Shown here piece by piece: positions 25,964-37,611 of a stretch of 64,000 bases of DNA. Each line of letters begins with the position of its first letter. Position 1 is the stretch's first letter. The stretch is from NCBI GenBank assembly GCA_951406725.2, contig OX597832.1, forward strand, positions 67,518,001-67,582,000, written 5' to 3'. A model generated the notes under the pieces. That model was not told the DNA's origin. It saw nothing but the letters and a program-made list of their open reading frames with translations, and made no database searches. Source of the stretch: Octopus vulgaris (taxonomy: Eukaryota). A program made the position numbers and the translations under genes.

Positions 25964-26216
25964 GGCCTCCTCGATGTATCGTCAGCGAGTGTAAGCCGGT
26001 GACAGACTGACTTGTCAAATTTTCTCTTTAAATACCTGCAGATAGGCTCCAGCAGACAGCCCCAGCAAGTTGTCACGTGACACTGTCTCACCTTAACTGA
26101 CTAATGAAGGTGCGTAGTTTTAGCCCGCGCATTCTCTAAACGACCGTCACCTGTCAGTCAGCGAAGCTGATTCAGTGTCAGCTTATCTCACCTAGTGATG
26201 TTATTTCCCGCAGCAT
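25964..26216 (-). repeat. 5' terminal direct repeat of the Hero-like element
   Basis: Copy of 22110-22363 located upstream of the 5' leader. Confidence 0.95.
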
Positions 26217-26484
26217 TTTCTTCGCCCATAAAAAATTTTACCAACAATTTTCCTCAGAGAAATAAACATGTTATGTAAATGAACATGCTAAATATAATTG
26301 TGCACATATCTATATATTCTTAAGCTGCTTTGTGAGTCGTTGGTTCAGCAATTATTTCTTCATTTTTCTAGGATTATTCATAAATTATAGTATTTATTAT
26401 TGTCATGGATTATTTATTGCATATGTCAAATTACTGTTTGGTATTTTCCCATCTACCATTGACAATATATTTCTAATATATCTA

Positions 26485-27770
26485 TCAGGTTGGTGCAAAA
26501 GTAATGGCCTATTTTAAGGTCTCTACTGAAAATGAAAAAGCCCACCATTAGGACAATATTTATTCGTTAATGTAATTTCCATTGATTTCTAGAAATTCAT
26601 TCCATCTGTTAACAAGCATATAAACGCCACGCTTGTGAATCTGTTTAGGTTTTGATGCCAAATATGAACCCAATTCATTTTCGCCCTCTTCCCTTGATGT
26701 CAACCCAAGACCATTCAAATGGTTCTATAATCCCCAAAACAAATGATAATAAGAAGGAGCAAGGTCAGGAGAATATGGAGGATGAAGCAATATTTCCCAA
26801 CCAGGCTCTTTCATGAGACTTATGGTCAGTTGAGCTGTGTGAGGACGAGTGTTATCATGGTGGAAGATTATACCCTTTCAGTTGAATAAGCAGTGTCACT
26901 TTCTGTTCAAAGCTCTTTTCAAACGATGAAGTCGCTCACAGTAGAGATTAGCAGTAACCATTTTTGATTGTTGTCTAACAGTTCGTAATGGACAATTCCT
27001 TCAGTATCCCACCATATACTCAACATGATCTTCCTTGGATGAAGTCCTCCTCTTGGTTGTTGAATAGGTCTTCGTCCTTGACTGATCCGCGAACAGTGGC
27101 ATTTAACATTATAGTAAAAGATCCACTTCTCAACATCTGTAACAAACCTTCTTAAAAATAGTCCTTTAAGGTGTCGTGAAAGCAATGACTGACAACAAAC
27201 AACACGCTGTTGTAGATTCTCTGGGTACAGTTCTTGCGGGAGACATTTTCCAACCACTGAAACCTTTCCGATTCTTTCAGTTGGCGATTCTTTCCGATTC
27301 TTTCAGTTGTATGGGCTACATTAAACTGTTCTGCAAGTTGTCTACAGGTAGCGGTTGGATTTTCTGTGACAACAGCTACCAACGCTTCGGAATCAAGTTG
27401 GTTTGAGAGACCTTCTTTTGGATCGTCTTTCAAAATCAACTCTCCACTTCTGAAGCGAGGAAACCATCTCCTGTAACTTCTTTCACTCGCTATGTCATCC
27501 CTATAAATTCTCTGAAAAGATTTTCCCGCTGTGCTTGTTTTGACACCTTTATGAAACTTATAGAGTAAGACATGTTTAATAAGATCTTTAGATGGGACGA
27601 GCATAGATGTGAATATAGTAGAAGATTATGGCCAATACAATCAGGATCCGGATGAAAAATGAATAAATTACTCATTGTGACATTCTTAAAACATTACGAG
27701 ACGTACAATTAAAAAAAAATATCTAAAACTGTTTTCTAAAAATTCGGCCATCACTTTTGCACCAACCTGA
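26485..27770 (-). mobile_element. Full-length mariner transposon (1286 bp), inactive, cecropia/Hsmar1-like TIRs
   Basis: TIRs TCAGGTTGGTGCAAAAGT(A/G)ATGGCC with TA on both sides. Degenerate motifs CLPQEL (WVPHEL), VTDVEKW, HHDNTRPH, HPPYSPDLAPSYYHLF. Confidence 0.95.
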
Positions 27771-27944
27771 TATTTATTCATATTTCATGTTGAAGCAAAC
27801 AATCGAACAAAATAGCCAAAGTTTGTATTTATAAAATAAAATCAATACCAAAGATAGGTGCAAAAAGAAGCTTGTTATTCAACACATGCTTGAAGCTAAT
27901 TTTATTCCTACACCTCGATCCCTGGATCTTATATTTGTATAAAA

Positions 27945-28025
27945 TAGGTAAATGCAGCTGATGAAGACTAATCAAATTTACGTTGTCAAACGTATTTAAA
28001 GAGCCAGAAACCGGTACGATTATCC
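27945..28025 (+). ncRNA. Degenerate hammerhead-like motif in a Penelope-type remnant
   Basis: CTGATGA (27958) ... internal hairpin ... GAAACCGGTA (28007-28016); stem I is poor. Confidence 0.45.
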
Positions 28026-29110
28026 GATTCTAGGTTGTCCATTTATCAGATGTTCTTCCTAGTGGTAAGACAAATTTTTTTCATGTTTGTTGCACACACG
28101 CGTCTTTGCTAGTATATACGCAGTGAAGCTATACAATAGCATCGTATTTATTACGATTGTTATTTTCCAGTAAATATTGGTGCCTTGTTGTACCATTTAT
28201 TTACTTATATATATATATATATGTATGTATGTATATATATAATATAAATCTGTAATTTGTACAAGATTTGTAACTGGAATAAATGACTCTACCAACAAAG
28301 CTGCGAAAATTTGTCAGAGAAGGGCATTGATATCTCAGCTCCGAGTCAGCAACGCATTTGCAAGGCACTCTTTCAATCACCTAAACAGAGCTGAAGATTA
28401 TGCACAGCTATCCCAAGCCTTACTTCCCTAGAAGACTGCTTTGAACTGCTTGAATCAAGAGCCATCCAAACTAAACTTCGGCAGAAGCAATCACTGTAGT
28501 GAGTGACCAGTTAATGTCATGCCAGAACTACTCACCATATACAAGAACAAATACAGCCTGCCATTGCGTTTCATTATCTTTAACGACTTGCCACGACTTG
28601 ACTTTTGACTAATTTGAGTTACCTGTATTGTTCTGGAACGCAGATGACAGATCTTTAAACAATTATGGAGAAAACGTTTTAGATATATTTCCCTTTTTTA
28701 GTTTATTGTTCCACCAGGGTTCTAGCTGTTGCAAATAATGGGACTGCCTTTGCAGGAAAGATAACGGATGAAAAAGGAATCACTGACAAAAGTAACAATG
28801 GTAACGAACAAATGCCACGTTGCGTAGAACGAATATATACCAGATACGATCTGCGATTTTCTTTGGTTTACTCAGCAATAAAATGTTTCCTATTGGAAGT
28901 TATCCCTTATAAAAATATTTTGGACTTTATGCAAATAACCTGAGGGTGTGAAATCGATGTGTTATAAAGGAAGGAAAATTTATTCCCCTTTCTCTCTTCA
29001 CATAGCATAGATAAAAATACTTGAAGCAAAGGAGATATCATTATATTCACTCAAATATAGAATAGACAACAAATATACACTATGCAATCTCTTCATGTAT
29101 ATATATATAA

Positions 29111-29189
<79 letters not shown>

Positions 29190-29254
29190 TGTGTGTGTAT
29201 ATGTATGTGTTTGTGTACATATATATACACGCAAACACTATCATACACACAGAA

Positions 29255-29610
29255 AGTAGGCGGAGGAACGGTTGTGTGGTAAGAAGTTTCTTTCTCAACC
29301 TAAAGATTGCGTGTTCATCTTGTGAGTGGTGGATTTGATAGACGGATACTGAAGGTAAACCGTGGTGTGTGTTTTGTGTGTGTGTGTGTTTGTGTGTGCG
29401 TGCGTGTGTGTGTGTGTGCGCGCACCTGACTGTGTGTCTCTCCTTCTCATGTGTGATAAATACTGTGATATAGAGGTGCGGTAAGATATACCGTTATAGT
29501 TCGTATCTTCTGTAAAACAAATATGTAACGGAATCAATTTGTTTGACTCAAACCATTCAAGGCGATGTCCCAGCAAGGCATCAGTCCAACGACTGAAACA
29601 AAGACAATAT
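29255..29610 (+). mobile_element. Degenerate tRNA-derived SINE
   Basis: GGCGGAGGAACGGTTGTGTGGTAAGAAG head and CAGCAAGGCATCAGTCCAACGACTGAAACAA tail. Confidence 0.6.
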
Positions 29611-29927
29611 AAAGAAAACTTTACACATGCGCACACACTTCTTAACTCATTGTGTGTTGATTGATTCTTTATAGGCTAATTTTGGTAACGACTATCCTAC
29701 ACGTGGTAATATGCGGTGAGTGCACGAGAACTGTACCTGAAAACATAGAATTGGTATTGGAATTCAGAGAGAATACGGTCTAGATAATTCTAACAGCATT
29801 CTGCAATTCTAGAAATAGGGGGCACTTGGCGTTTTATTGTACGAAAACGCAAGGAAACAAATGCTAAGCATACGTATATGTATATAGAAATGTATATATA
29901 TATATATATACACATATGTACACCCAT

Positions 29928-29995
<68 letters not shown>

Positions 29996-30012
29996 GTAAA
30001 AGAGTAAAATAG

Positions 30013-30043
<31 letters not shown>

Positions 30044-30112
30044 CCCCATATGTATAAATATATATATATATATGGTATGTATGATGTATATATATATATG
30101 TGTGTGTGTGTA

Positions 30113-30145
<33 letters not shown>

Positions 30146-31967
30146 CTGCATGTGTATATACGTATATCTACACCCGTTGATGTGGGTCTCGTGACGCTGT
30201 GTGTATATTTTATCGTCGTTAAGTGTTTCTGTTTAGGTGATGAAACAGCGGGTTTATGTTTGCTATCACATTCCCAGGTGTTGTCAGAGCATGTTTATTG
30301 AATAGACTGTCACAAAACAGCTACTGCAATACATGCAATGCAAGAAAAAAAAGAGATACATCTGCTTGTATGTTCCTATATTTTACGAATGGTTTCATGT
30401 CTTGTTTTTGAAATGCTATTTTGCAGGCAAGTCATGTAGGTTTAACAATCCAATTTCTTGATTGTATTGTTTGCTTATGAAATAGAATTGGACTGCTTGC
30501 CAAATGAAAGAAAAAAGGAAAAAGAAAGCAGGAAAGAGATAAAGAAGGGAAGAAAGAAAGGGAGAAAGAAAGTGAAAGGAAAGACAAACGAAAATTGAGC
30601 ACTTAATGAAATATTCCTCGTATTTTGAGAATCTCGTATGATTTCCTGCTAAGCTGCATGTGAAATTGTGTAGGGTGAAAACAAAACGAAAAAAGCATAT
30701 ACATTTAAATAAAACAATAACGAAACATAATTAAATAATATAAGGCAAAAATATAAATATAAAACCAGAACAACTACAGACATTTGCACAAAAATGTTAA
30801 TTCTGCGAGCAGCAACTAAGATGAATATTACTATTCTAAATGAACGCAGACCAAAACAATTGCTATTGGTCCCATTTTCCGCAGAGATAATATTCTATGA
30901 GAAGGCCAGTTTAACATGGACGCTGTTATTGACTAGCCATCCATTTCAGAAATGAAGACATTAATTTTTTCTTTCTTTTCTTTTGCGTTGTCTTGTTTTC
31001 ACCCCACCCAACACCTCTGATATATTGGTTGCTGTCCTTTCCAGCATCAAAATTATATTCTTTGTAATTTTTTTTTTCGTTCTTTGGTTCTTTGGCTTTC
31101 TCATTTTTCGAATATGTTTTATGCAACTGTTCGCTTGTTTTTAATATGCAAAGTGCAACATCATAGTCAATACACACCTACTCGCTTCTTTCTCTCTCTC
31201 GCTTTCTGCCTCTCTCTCTATATATCGCACTTTCTCTCACTAATACAAACACACACATACACACAAAAGTGCAGGCACTCATTCACACAAGCAAATACCT
31301 GAGGAAAGAAAGAAAGGCTATAGCAAACAGAGAAACCGCTACACGGTGGCTTCATCTGCTAAAACTCTCATCCAAATCCCACGTTGCAGCGCCGAAAACA
31401 ATGGATGCATAGTAAATGTAGTTTTGGATACAATATAGGTGAAAAAAGAATCACGGGACTGCCATGTATAGAACGGCTTTGATCTCAAGTCGGATTGTTA
31501 ATAGCAATAGTAGCCAGAAAAAGAAATTAAAATTATGCACTGGCTGGGGGAATTATAAAATCTTGAAATTGTGGTTTTCTTGTTTTTCTTTTTCTTTTTC
31601 TTTTTACTTTGACACAAGACAAAGAGTTATCACAGTCGATATAATAACGTGTTGGTCGTTTGCTGGCGCCTTATTACATCGACCCCAATGGGATGAAATC
31701 CCGAGTCACGATTTGAACGCTATTGATAAGTAGCATGAAGAATTTTTTGATACTCTAACACATCTGCGATGCAAAAAAAGAGAAAAATAGAAACGAAAAA
31801 GTCCCTCATGCGAAATTTCTAAGAAAAAAGATGAGACGTTAGAGATTCAAATGGCAGAGAATATTTTTATTAGATATTTTTTCGAGATGAGTGAGGTATA
31901 CAATTTATATTCTTTAATTCTTTGCGTGTTTATCTCTGTGTGAGTGGGCAGTCGATTCCGGTATGTT

Positions 31968-32006
<39 letters not shown>

Positions 32007-32156
32007 CTGTGCGCGATTGCGTGCGTGTTTGTGTCTCTCTGCGTTTCTCTGCGATCATCGGACCAAAAGAGCTGATGTATACTGTAATATATGATTTCCA
32101 GGGCAGCGCATATACAGAGTTGGCATTATACTACGAAGCACCAAATGACATATACT

Positions 32157-32197
<41 letters not shown>

Positions 32198-32616
32198 AAG
32201 CTCAAGACTACCAACGGAAGTGACTCAAATTTTTTTCGTTTGTCCACTCACTTGTATATATATTTTTTCAACATACGCCAGCTAAACTAAGTTGTACTGT
32301 CTATAGTCGTAAGACACCTGCTGTTTTTGTCCTGTTATTACTATTATTGTTTTTTGTATTTATATTCGTGTGGCATAGTCCGTTTTTCTGTCCTTGTTTC
32401 GTATACATTCGATCCTTTTTCCAAGAAATCTAATGCTCGTAACTTACTTTTTCCTTGGGGCTGGCCGGATCGGAGCGATCTCAAGATTAATCAGCCGAAA
32501 TTGCGAGGATGATCCGGTTCTTGACTGAAGATTGAAGGCTTCGAATGTCCCGTCGTGTTTTTTGTATCGTCTTCTAAATGTTTTACGTTCTTGTCCCAGT
32601 TTGTATTTTTCTACTT

Positions 32617-32679
<63 letters not shown>

Positions 32680-32750
32680 TGTATATATACATGTAGATGT
32701 AGGTACGTACATATATGTATGTATGTATGCATTTATTTTATTTATTAAAT

Positions 32751-32790
<40 letters not shown>

Positions 32791-33608
32791 TTGCATATAC
32801 GGGATGATGGGGTCTGACTTCAAAGGTATCGCGAAAGGTCTGGTTAGAGGCCCAATCTTCTGTGTTCGTGTCACAGGGCTGTGAATAACTGCCAGACCTC
32901 TACAATACGCGTGTGAATCAGAGAGTAAAAGTACAAACCAAGACTTAAGAAACGTGAACAGAGTATATACACAAACTAACTATTCGCACACACAACTCTT
33001 TCTGCCAATTACCAACCTAAACTTTAGCCACTGGACTACATGCAAATGACCCCTGTCCACTCTCTCACCAGACAGATTAAATTTGTAGTGCCTTGATTAT
33101 AACTAGACATGTTATTTTAACCGTGTTGGCCCTCTTTTTAGGTTAAAAATATATTATCACGGGACACTAACGCAACAACGTAGCGGGAAACGTAGAGAAG
33201 ATTATAAATTTAATCATATGATCAGTCTCTGCAAATACTTGACAGAAAACATTCAGAGCATTGATTGGTTGGATATGTTCAGTCAGCCGCGTCAGCCTTA
33301 ACTCTGACGCCAAATGTGGTCACTTGATAGTAACACACGGAAAAAATGTCTAATCCCAGTCATGTGACAATCCTTTAACGATCAAATCCTATTCATAAAA
33401 AAGAAAATAAGCGGCTTGAACCCGTATAAAAATAGAACAAACTTCAACACTAGTCAGAAACAAGAGAGCTGCGACATAAGCCACGACTTTCTATTTTCTC
33501 TTTTTGAAACTCAGCGTAAATTGTCAAACCGGTTACAGCTATACATATATTAATAGTAAATATTTTAACTATTCTCAGAGCTTTTTAATCATCTATTTTT
33601 CCTATATA

Positions 33609-33689
<81 letters not shown>

Positions 33690-33694
<5 letters not shown>

Positions 33695-33882
33695 GGAGCA
33701 CTGCATCCTTCAAGACTTCCATGCTTCCTGAGATTCGCCAACACTACACTTGATTTTCTCCCCTCCATACACACACAAGCATGTTCACTTTCCAGACATT
33801 TCTACATTACTGCATGTGCTTTGTATGCACTTTCTGACAAGTTGTGGTGCACCTGAGCACTGTATACAATAATTTCATTATC
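33690..33882 (+). mobile_element. LINE-like 3' end fragment
   Basis: Ends GTGGTGCACCTGAGCACTGTATACAATAATTTCATTATCAT, resembling a LINE 3' UTR with a short tandem tail. Family not established. Confidence 0.4.
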
Positions 33883-33930
33883 ATATATATACACTTTATT
33901 ATTGAAGCTGCAAAACATCCCCAAAATTCA

Positions 33931-33980
33931 CATAAAATTGCTACCAAGAGTTTCACGCTCCCATTCGTCAGACAGTTATG
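33931..33980 (-). ncRNA. Minimal hammerhead ribozyme motif
   Basis: Minus strand CATAACTGT-CTGACGA-ATGGGAGCGT-GAAAC-TCTTG-GTA-GCAATTTTATG. Confidence 0.55.
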
Positions 33981-34189
33981 ATTGACAGCTTTGATTGTTT
34001 CTCAATCAAAACTGTTCCACGATCAGGAACGTGAAACTCTGAGTAGCATTTTTGGGATTTTTGATGGTTTTGCAGTTTTAATAATAACATATATTATTCT
34101 ATCTTGCTATTCGAGTACTATTTTTTTCCACCTTGTTTCAAATTTATGTGCTTACCCTGGTATATACATATACATATATATATTATCCG

Positions 34190-34520
34190 AAGTGTACAGT
34201 ATTGTATGTCCATCTCGGCTGCTCTTACCGAACGGTTTCGAGCTAGGGCTCCAATAGAGTGTTAGGTAACATTCGATTATAAAACCCTATGTTCATCACA
34301 GATAACCAATACGGAATGAAATATGGTGACTGCTCTCTATTGTTGGAAATAAAAAGGACATATTCGGTTTGTGGTTGCAATCACCATATTTCATACCACA
34401 TCGGGTATTTCTGATGAGCATAGTGTAATATAATCGGATTGTTGCCTAAAACTTTATTGTATCCCTAGCGCAAAACTGATTGGTAATATCAGCCGTGATG
34501 GATATATAATACTATACATT
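34190..34520. repeat. Diverged inverted repeat (~144-bp arms), each arm a hammerhead-like unit
   Basis: 34190-34333 is an imperfect reverse complement of 34377-34520. The right arm has CTGATGAG and the left arm (minus) has CCCTAGCTCGAAACCGTTCGGTA. Confidence 0.7.
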
Positions 34521-34631
34521 GCCATTAATATACCCACTCTGTTGACAGGTATACGAGTGCACAGTGATTTTGTATTAGGTCGTCAGAGTCTTGTATACAT
34601 TCATATTTGTATACATAAGTGTGTGTGTGTA

Positions 34632-34691
<60 letters not shown>

Positions 34692-36137
34692 AGTGTGTGT
34701 GTGTGTCTGCGTTTACTTGATATCTGCCATGATTTGTTCATCTCAATTTTCTCAGGCGCAGGAACAGGTGTGTGTAAGTAGCTTGTTTACCAACCATATA
34801 GTCAAATGACTATATGAATTGAGAAGTATATATATATATATGTTCAGCTAGCAGTAAACTTGTGTATCGAAGTCACTGTCAACATTTTTCATATAAGAAG
34901 AAATGCATTCTCTTCTGAAAAGCACTGTTTGATCCCTGAGTTCAATGTTGAACTATTATTTTATATATACACAGGCATTTGTACTTGTGGACGTATTTCT
35001 ACACATATGCACTGATACAGACTCACGTGCACGCGCGCACGCGCATACATACACAGTCCCGCACTTATATCTATATATGCATTTGTAAACTTATGTATTA
35101 TGCATGTATCACTAGGTATATACATATACATGCTCTTTCTCACATGTACGTGCATATACGTATATTTATACATTTCTGCTTGTACGTCTAATTCTGTGGT
35201 GCGTTGTTGTGCTGATAGAATCAATCCTCGCAGTTGTAGTAAGAAGGTTAATAGATATGAGTGATCACACTACATACTATGATGGCAATGGAGGCGAATG
35301 AAGGTGGCCACCATGGCGAAAATATTCCAAAAGTCAGTTTGAGTTTGTTTGGAATCCTGTCTGAATGAATCGACTAGAATTGATGTAGGTTATTTCTCTG
35401 TTTTTCCTCTTCTTTTGTCGATTATATTTATATTTCGGGTGCGATGTTTTCTTACTTTTTTTCTTTTTTTGCCCATGTCTCCGAGCAAGATTAAAAGAAA
35501 TTCAAATTAAATTTGTCTAGCGGTCAAGTTTGATATCGAATGTTGTTGTTTGTGATAGGAACATGTGGAGATAATGGAAGCGTGCGAAGCCATAGTGATA
35601 TTTGGTCGGATAATCACCAAAGTGAGAGACAGAAACAAGAGCAGAGAGAGAGAGCGAGAGAAAGAGAGAGAGAGAGAGAAGGAGAGAGAGGACGTGAGAG
35701 GGACAGAACGAGAGAGAGAAAGTGAGAGAGATAGAAGGAGAGAGAAAGAGAGAGAGGGAGAAGAAAGCACTGCAATGATGAGGAGACAGTTAGAGATACA
35801 AAATGATGGATGAAAAGAGACATAGAAAGAGAAAGAGAGACGAACAGAAGATGTAAGCGCAAGAGAAATATGCAGAAGAATCAGGGGGAAAATAATACGA
35901 AAATTAGCTAGTCAAGGCTCATTGAAGAGACATCATCAAATAGATATTTCCAGCATCGAAATACACAGACATGCAGTGATGGTGCCACTAGATTTTGGTC
36001 CTCGAATAAAAAAGAAAATGACTAATTCTATATGAATTCTATTATAAGCAACGACTATACAATATAGCTTATATTTTATCCTAGTAACGATATGAAAGAA
36101 TTATTGACTGTTGAAGAAAAAAAACACGTAAAGTGGA

Positions 36138-36231
<94 letters not shown>

Positions 36232-36314
36232 GGATAATAATGATGATGATAATGATAATGATGATGATAATGAGGAGGATTAATGATGACGATGATGATG
36301 ATGATGATAATAAC

Positions 36315-36348
<34 letters not shown>

Positions 36349-36412
36349 TGATGATGATGATGATGATGATGGTGATGATGGTGAGGAGGAGGAGGAGGAG
36401 AAGGATAATAAT
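36138..36412. repeat. (AAT)/(GAT)/(GAG) compound microsatellite
   Basis: Directly visible. Confidence 0.95.
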
Positions 36413-37063
36413 GCATGGAATACGTATTAGTAAAATCGTAGCGGAAACTTAATTAAATTATGAAATTACATCGGCAAAATTGTGAAAGAAAATCTCATTA
36501 AAATTAAAATTTGGTCAACAGATAAAAGGAACAAGTAGCAGTTTGCTAAACCAATTATTCTTTATGTTAATCATACTGGAGCAGCCTCATAAAGAGTGAG
36601 TTGATAAGGTCTTTGTGAGGGCGGGCGGGTGTCTGGCTACAGGATTGTCCGTTCATACTTCTCAGCCGATTCATTACTGACATGCTTTGTAAATTGTTCT
36701 TTTTCTTTTGTGGCCACAAAGTCTGTGTGCAAGATAATTAATTGTTACACGTGGTTTTCCTCATTAAATTATGTATTTAACGTGGTGACGCACAGCCAAC
36801 TAATATACGCCGGCAGACACTTTTCTCTGGTGATAGACTAAATCTGTAGTTCGAGGTTTTCACATCATCACAAGGTCCTCGAATCAATTCACCACGACGC
36901 AACAAAGCAAGGGAAGGGTTTCTGTACAGTTTCCTCCGAGTCAAATACACTTTAAAAGTCATGGATCAATCCAAAGCAACGATGCTCACGATGTCGCGCA
37001 GCGAGGTTGAAACACCGATTCTATGTTAGTTTCGATGCCAACTCTTTAACTCTTAAACTATGC

Positions 37064-37064
37064 T

Positions 37065-37153
<89 letters not shown>

Positions 37154-37180
37154 GGTGGTGGTGGTGGTGGTGGTGGTGGT
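37064..37180. repeat. (GTA)n(GGT)n microsatellite
   Basis: Directly visible. Confidence 0.95.
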
Positions 37181-37181
37181 T

Positions 37182-37586
37182 AAGGCGGTGAGCTGGCAGA
37201 AACGTTAGCGCGCCGGGCGAAATGCTTAGCGGTATTTCATCTGCCGTTACGTTCTGAGTTCAAATTCCGCCTAGGTCGACTTTGCCTTTCATCCTTTCGG
37301 GGTCGATAAATTAAGTGCCAGTTACGCACTGGGGTCGATATAATCGATTTAATCCGTTTGTCTGTCCTTGTTTGTCCTCTCTGTGTTTAGCCCCTTGTGG
37401 GTAGTAAAGAAATAGGTATTTCATCTGCCGCTACGTTCTGAGTTCGAATTCCGCCGAGGTCGACTTTGCCTTTCATCCTTTCGGGATCGATTAAATGAGT
37501 ACTAGTTACGCACTGGGGTCGATATAATCGACTTAATCCGTTTGTCCTCTCTGTGTTTAGCCCCTTGTGGGTAGTAAAGAAATAGG
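37182..37586 (+). mobile_element. tRNA-derived SINE with internal tandem duplication
   Basis: GGCGGTGAGCTGGCAGAA head, GAGTTCAAATTCC B-box-like motif, and GCCTTTCATCCTTTCGGGGTCGATAAA middle domain. 37230-37415 is repeated at 37414-37586. Confidence 0.85.
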
Positions 37587-37611
37587 TGGTGGTGGTGGTG
37601 GTGGTGGTGAT

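Larger units (their letters stand above)
22110..26216 (-). mobile_element. Hero/NeSL-like RLE-encoding non-LTR retrotransposon bounded by ~253-bp direct repeats
   Basis: N-terminal finger CCGKVFASYIGLRIHQGKVC; RT motifs KSTPGNDGV, RPISLLN, WLDLANAYGSVPH, GCTISVILF, KAFIDD; CRCGEKATVRHVLSNC-RYTWRHNQVL; RLE RPDLVLW. Repeats at 22110-22363 and 25964-26216. Confidence 0.9.

Noticed and set aside
22110-26216. Interpretation as a true LTR retrotransposon
   Set aside because: No TG...CA termini, PBS, PPT, protease or integrase; the RT and RLE motifs are non-LTR type.
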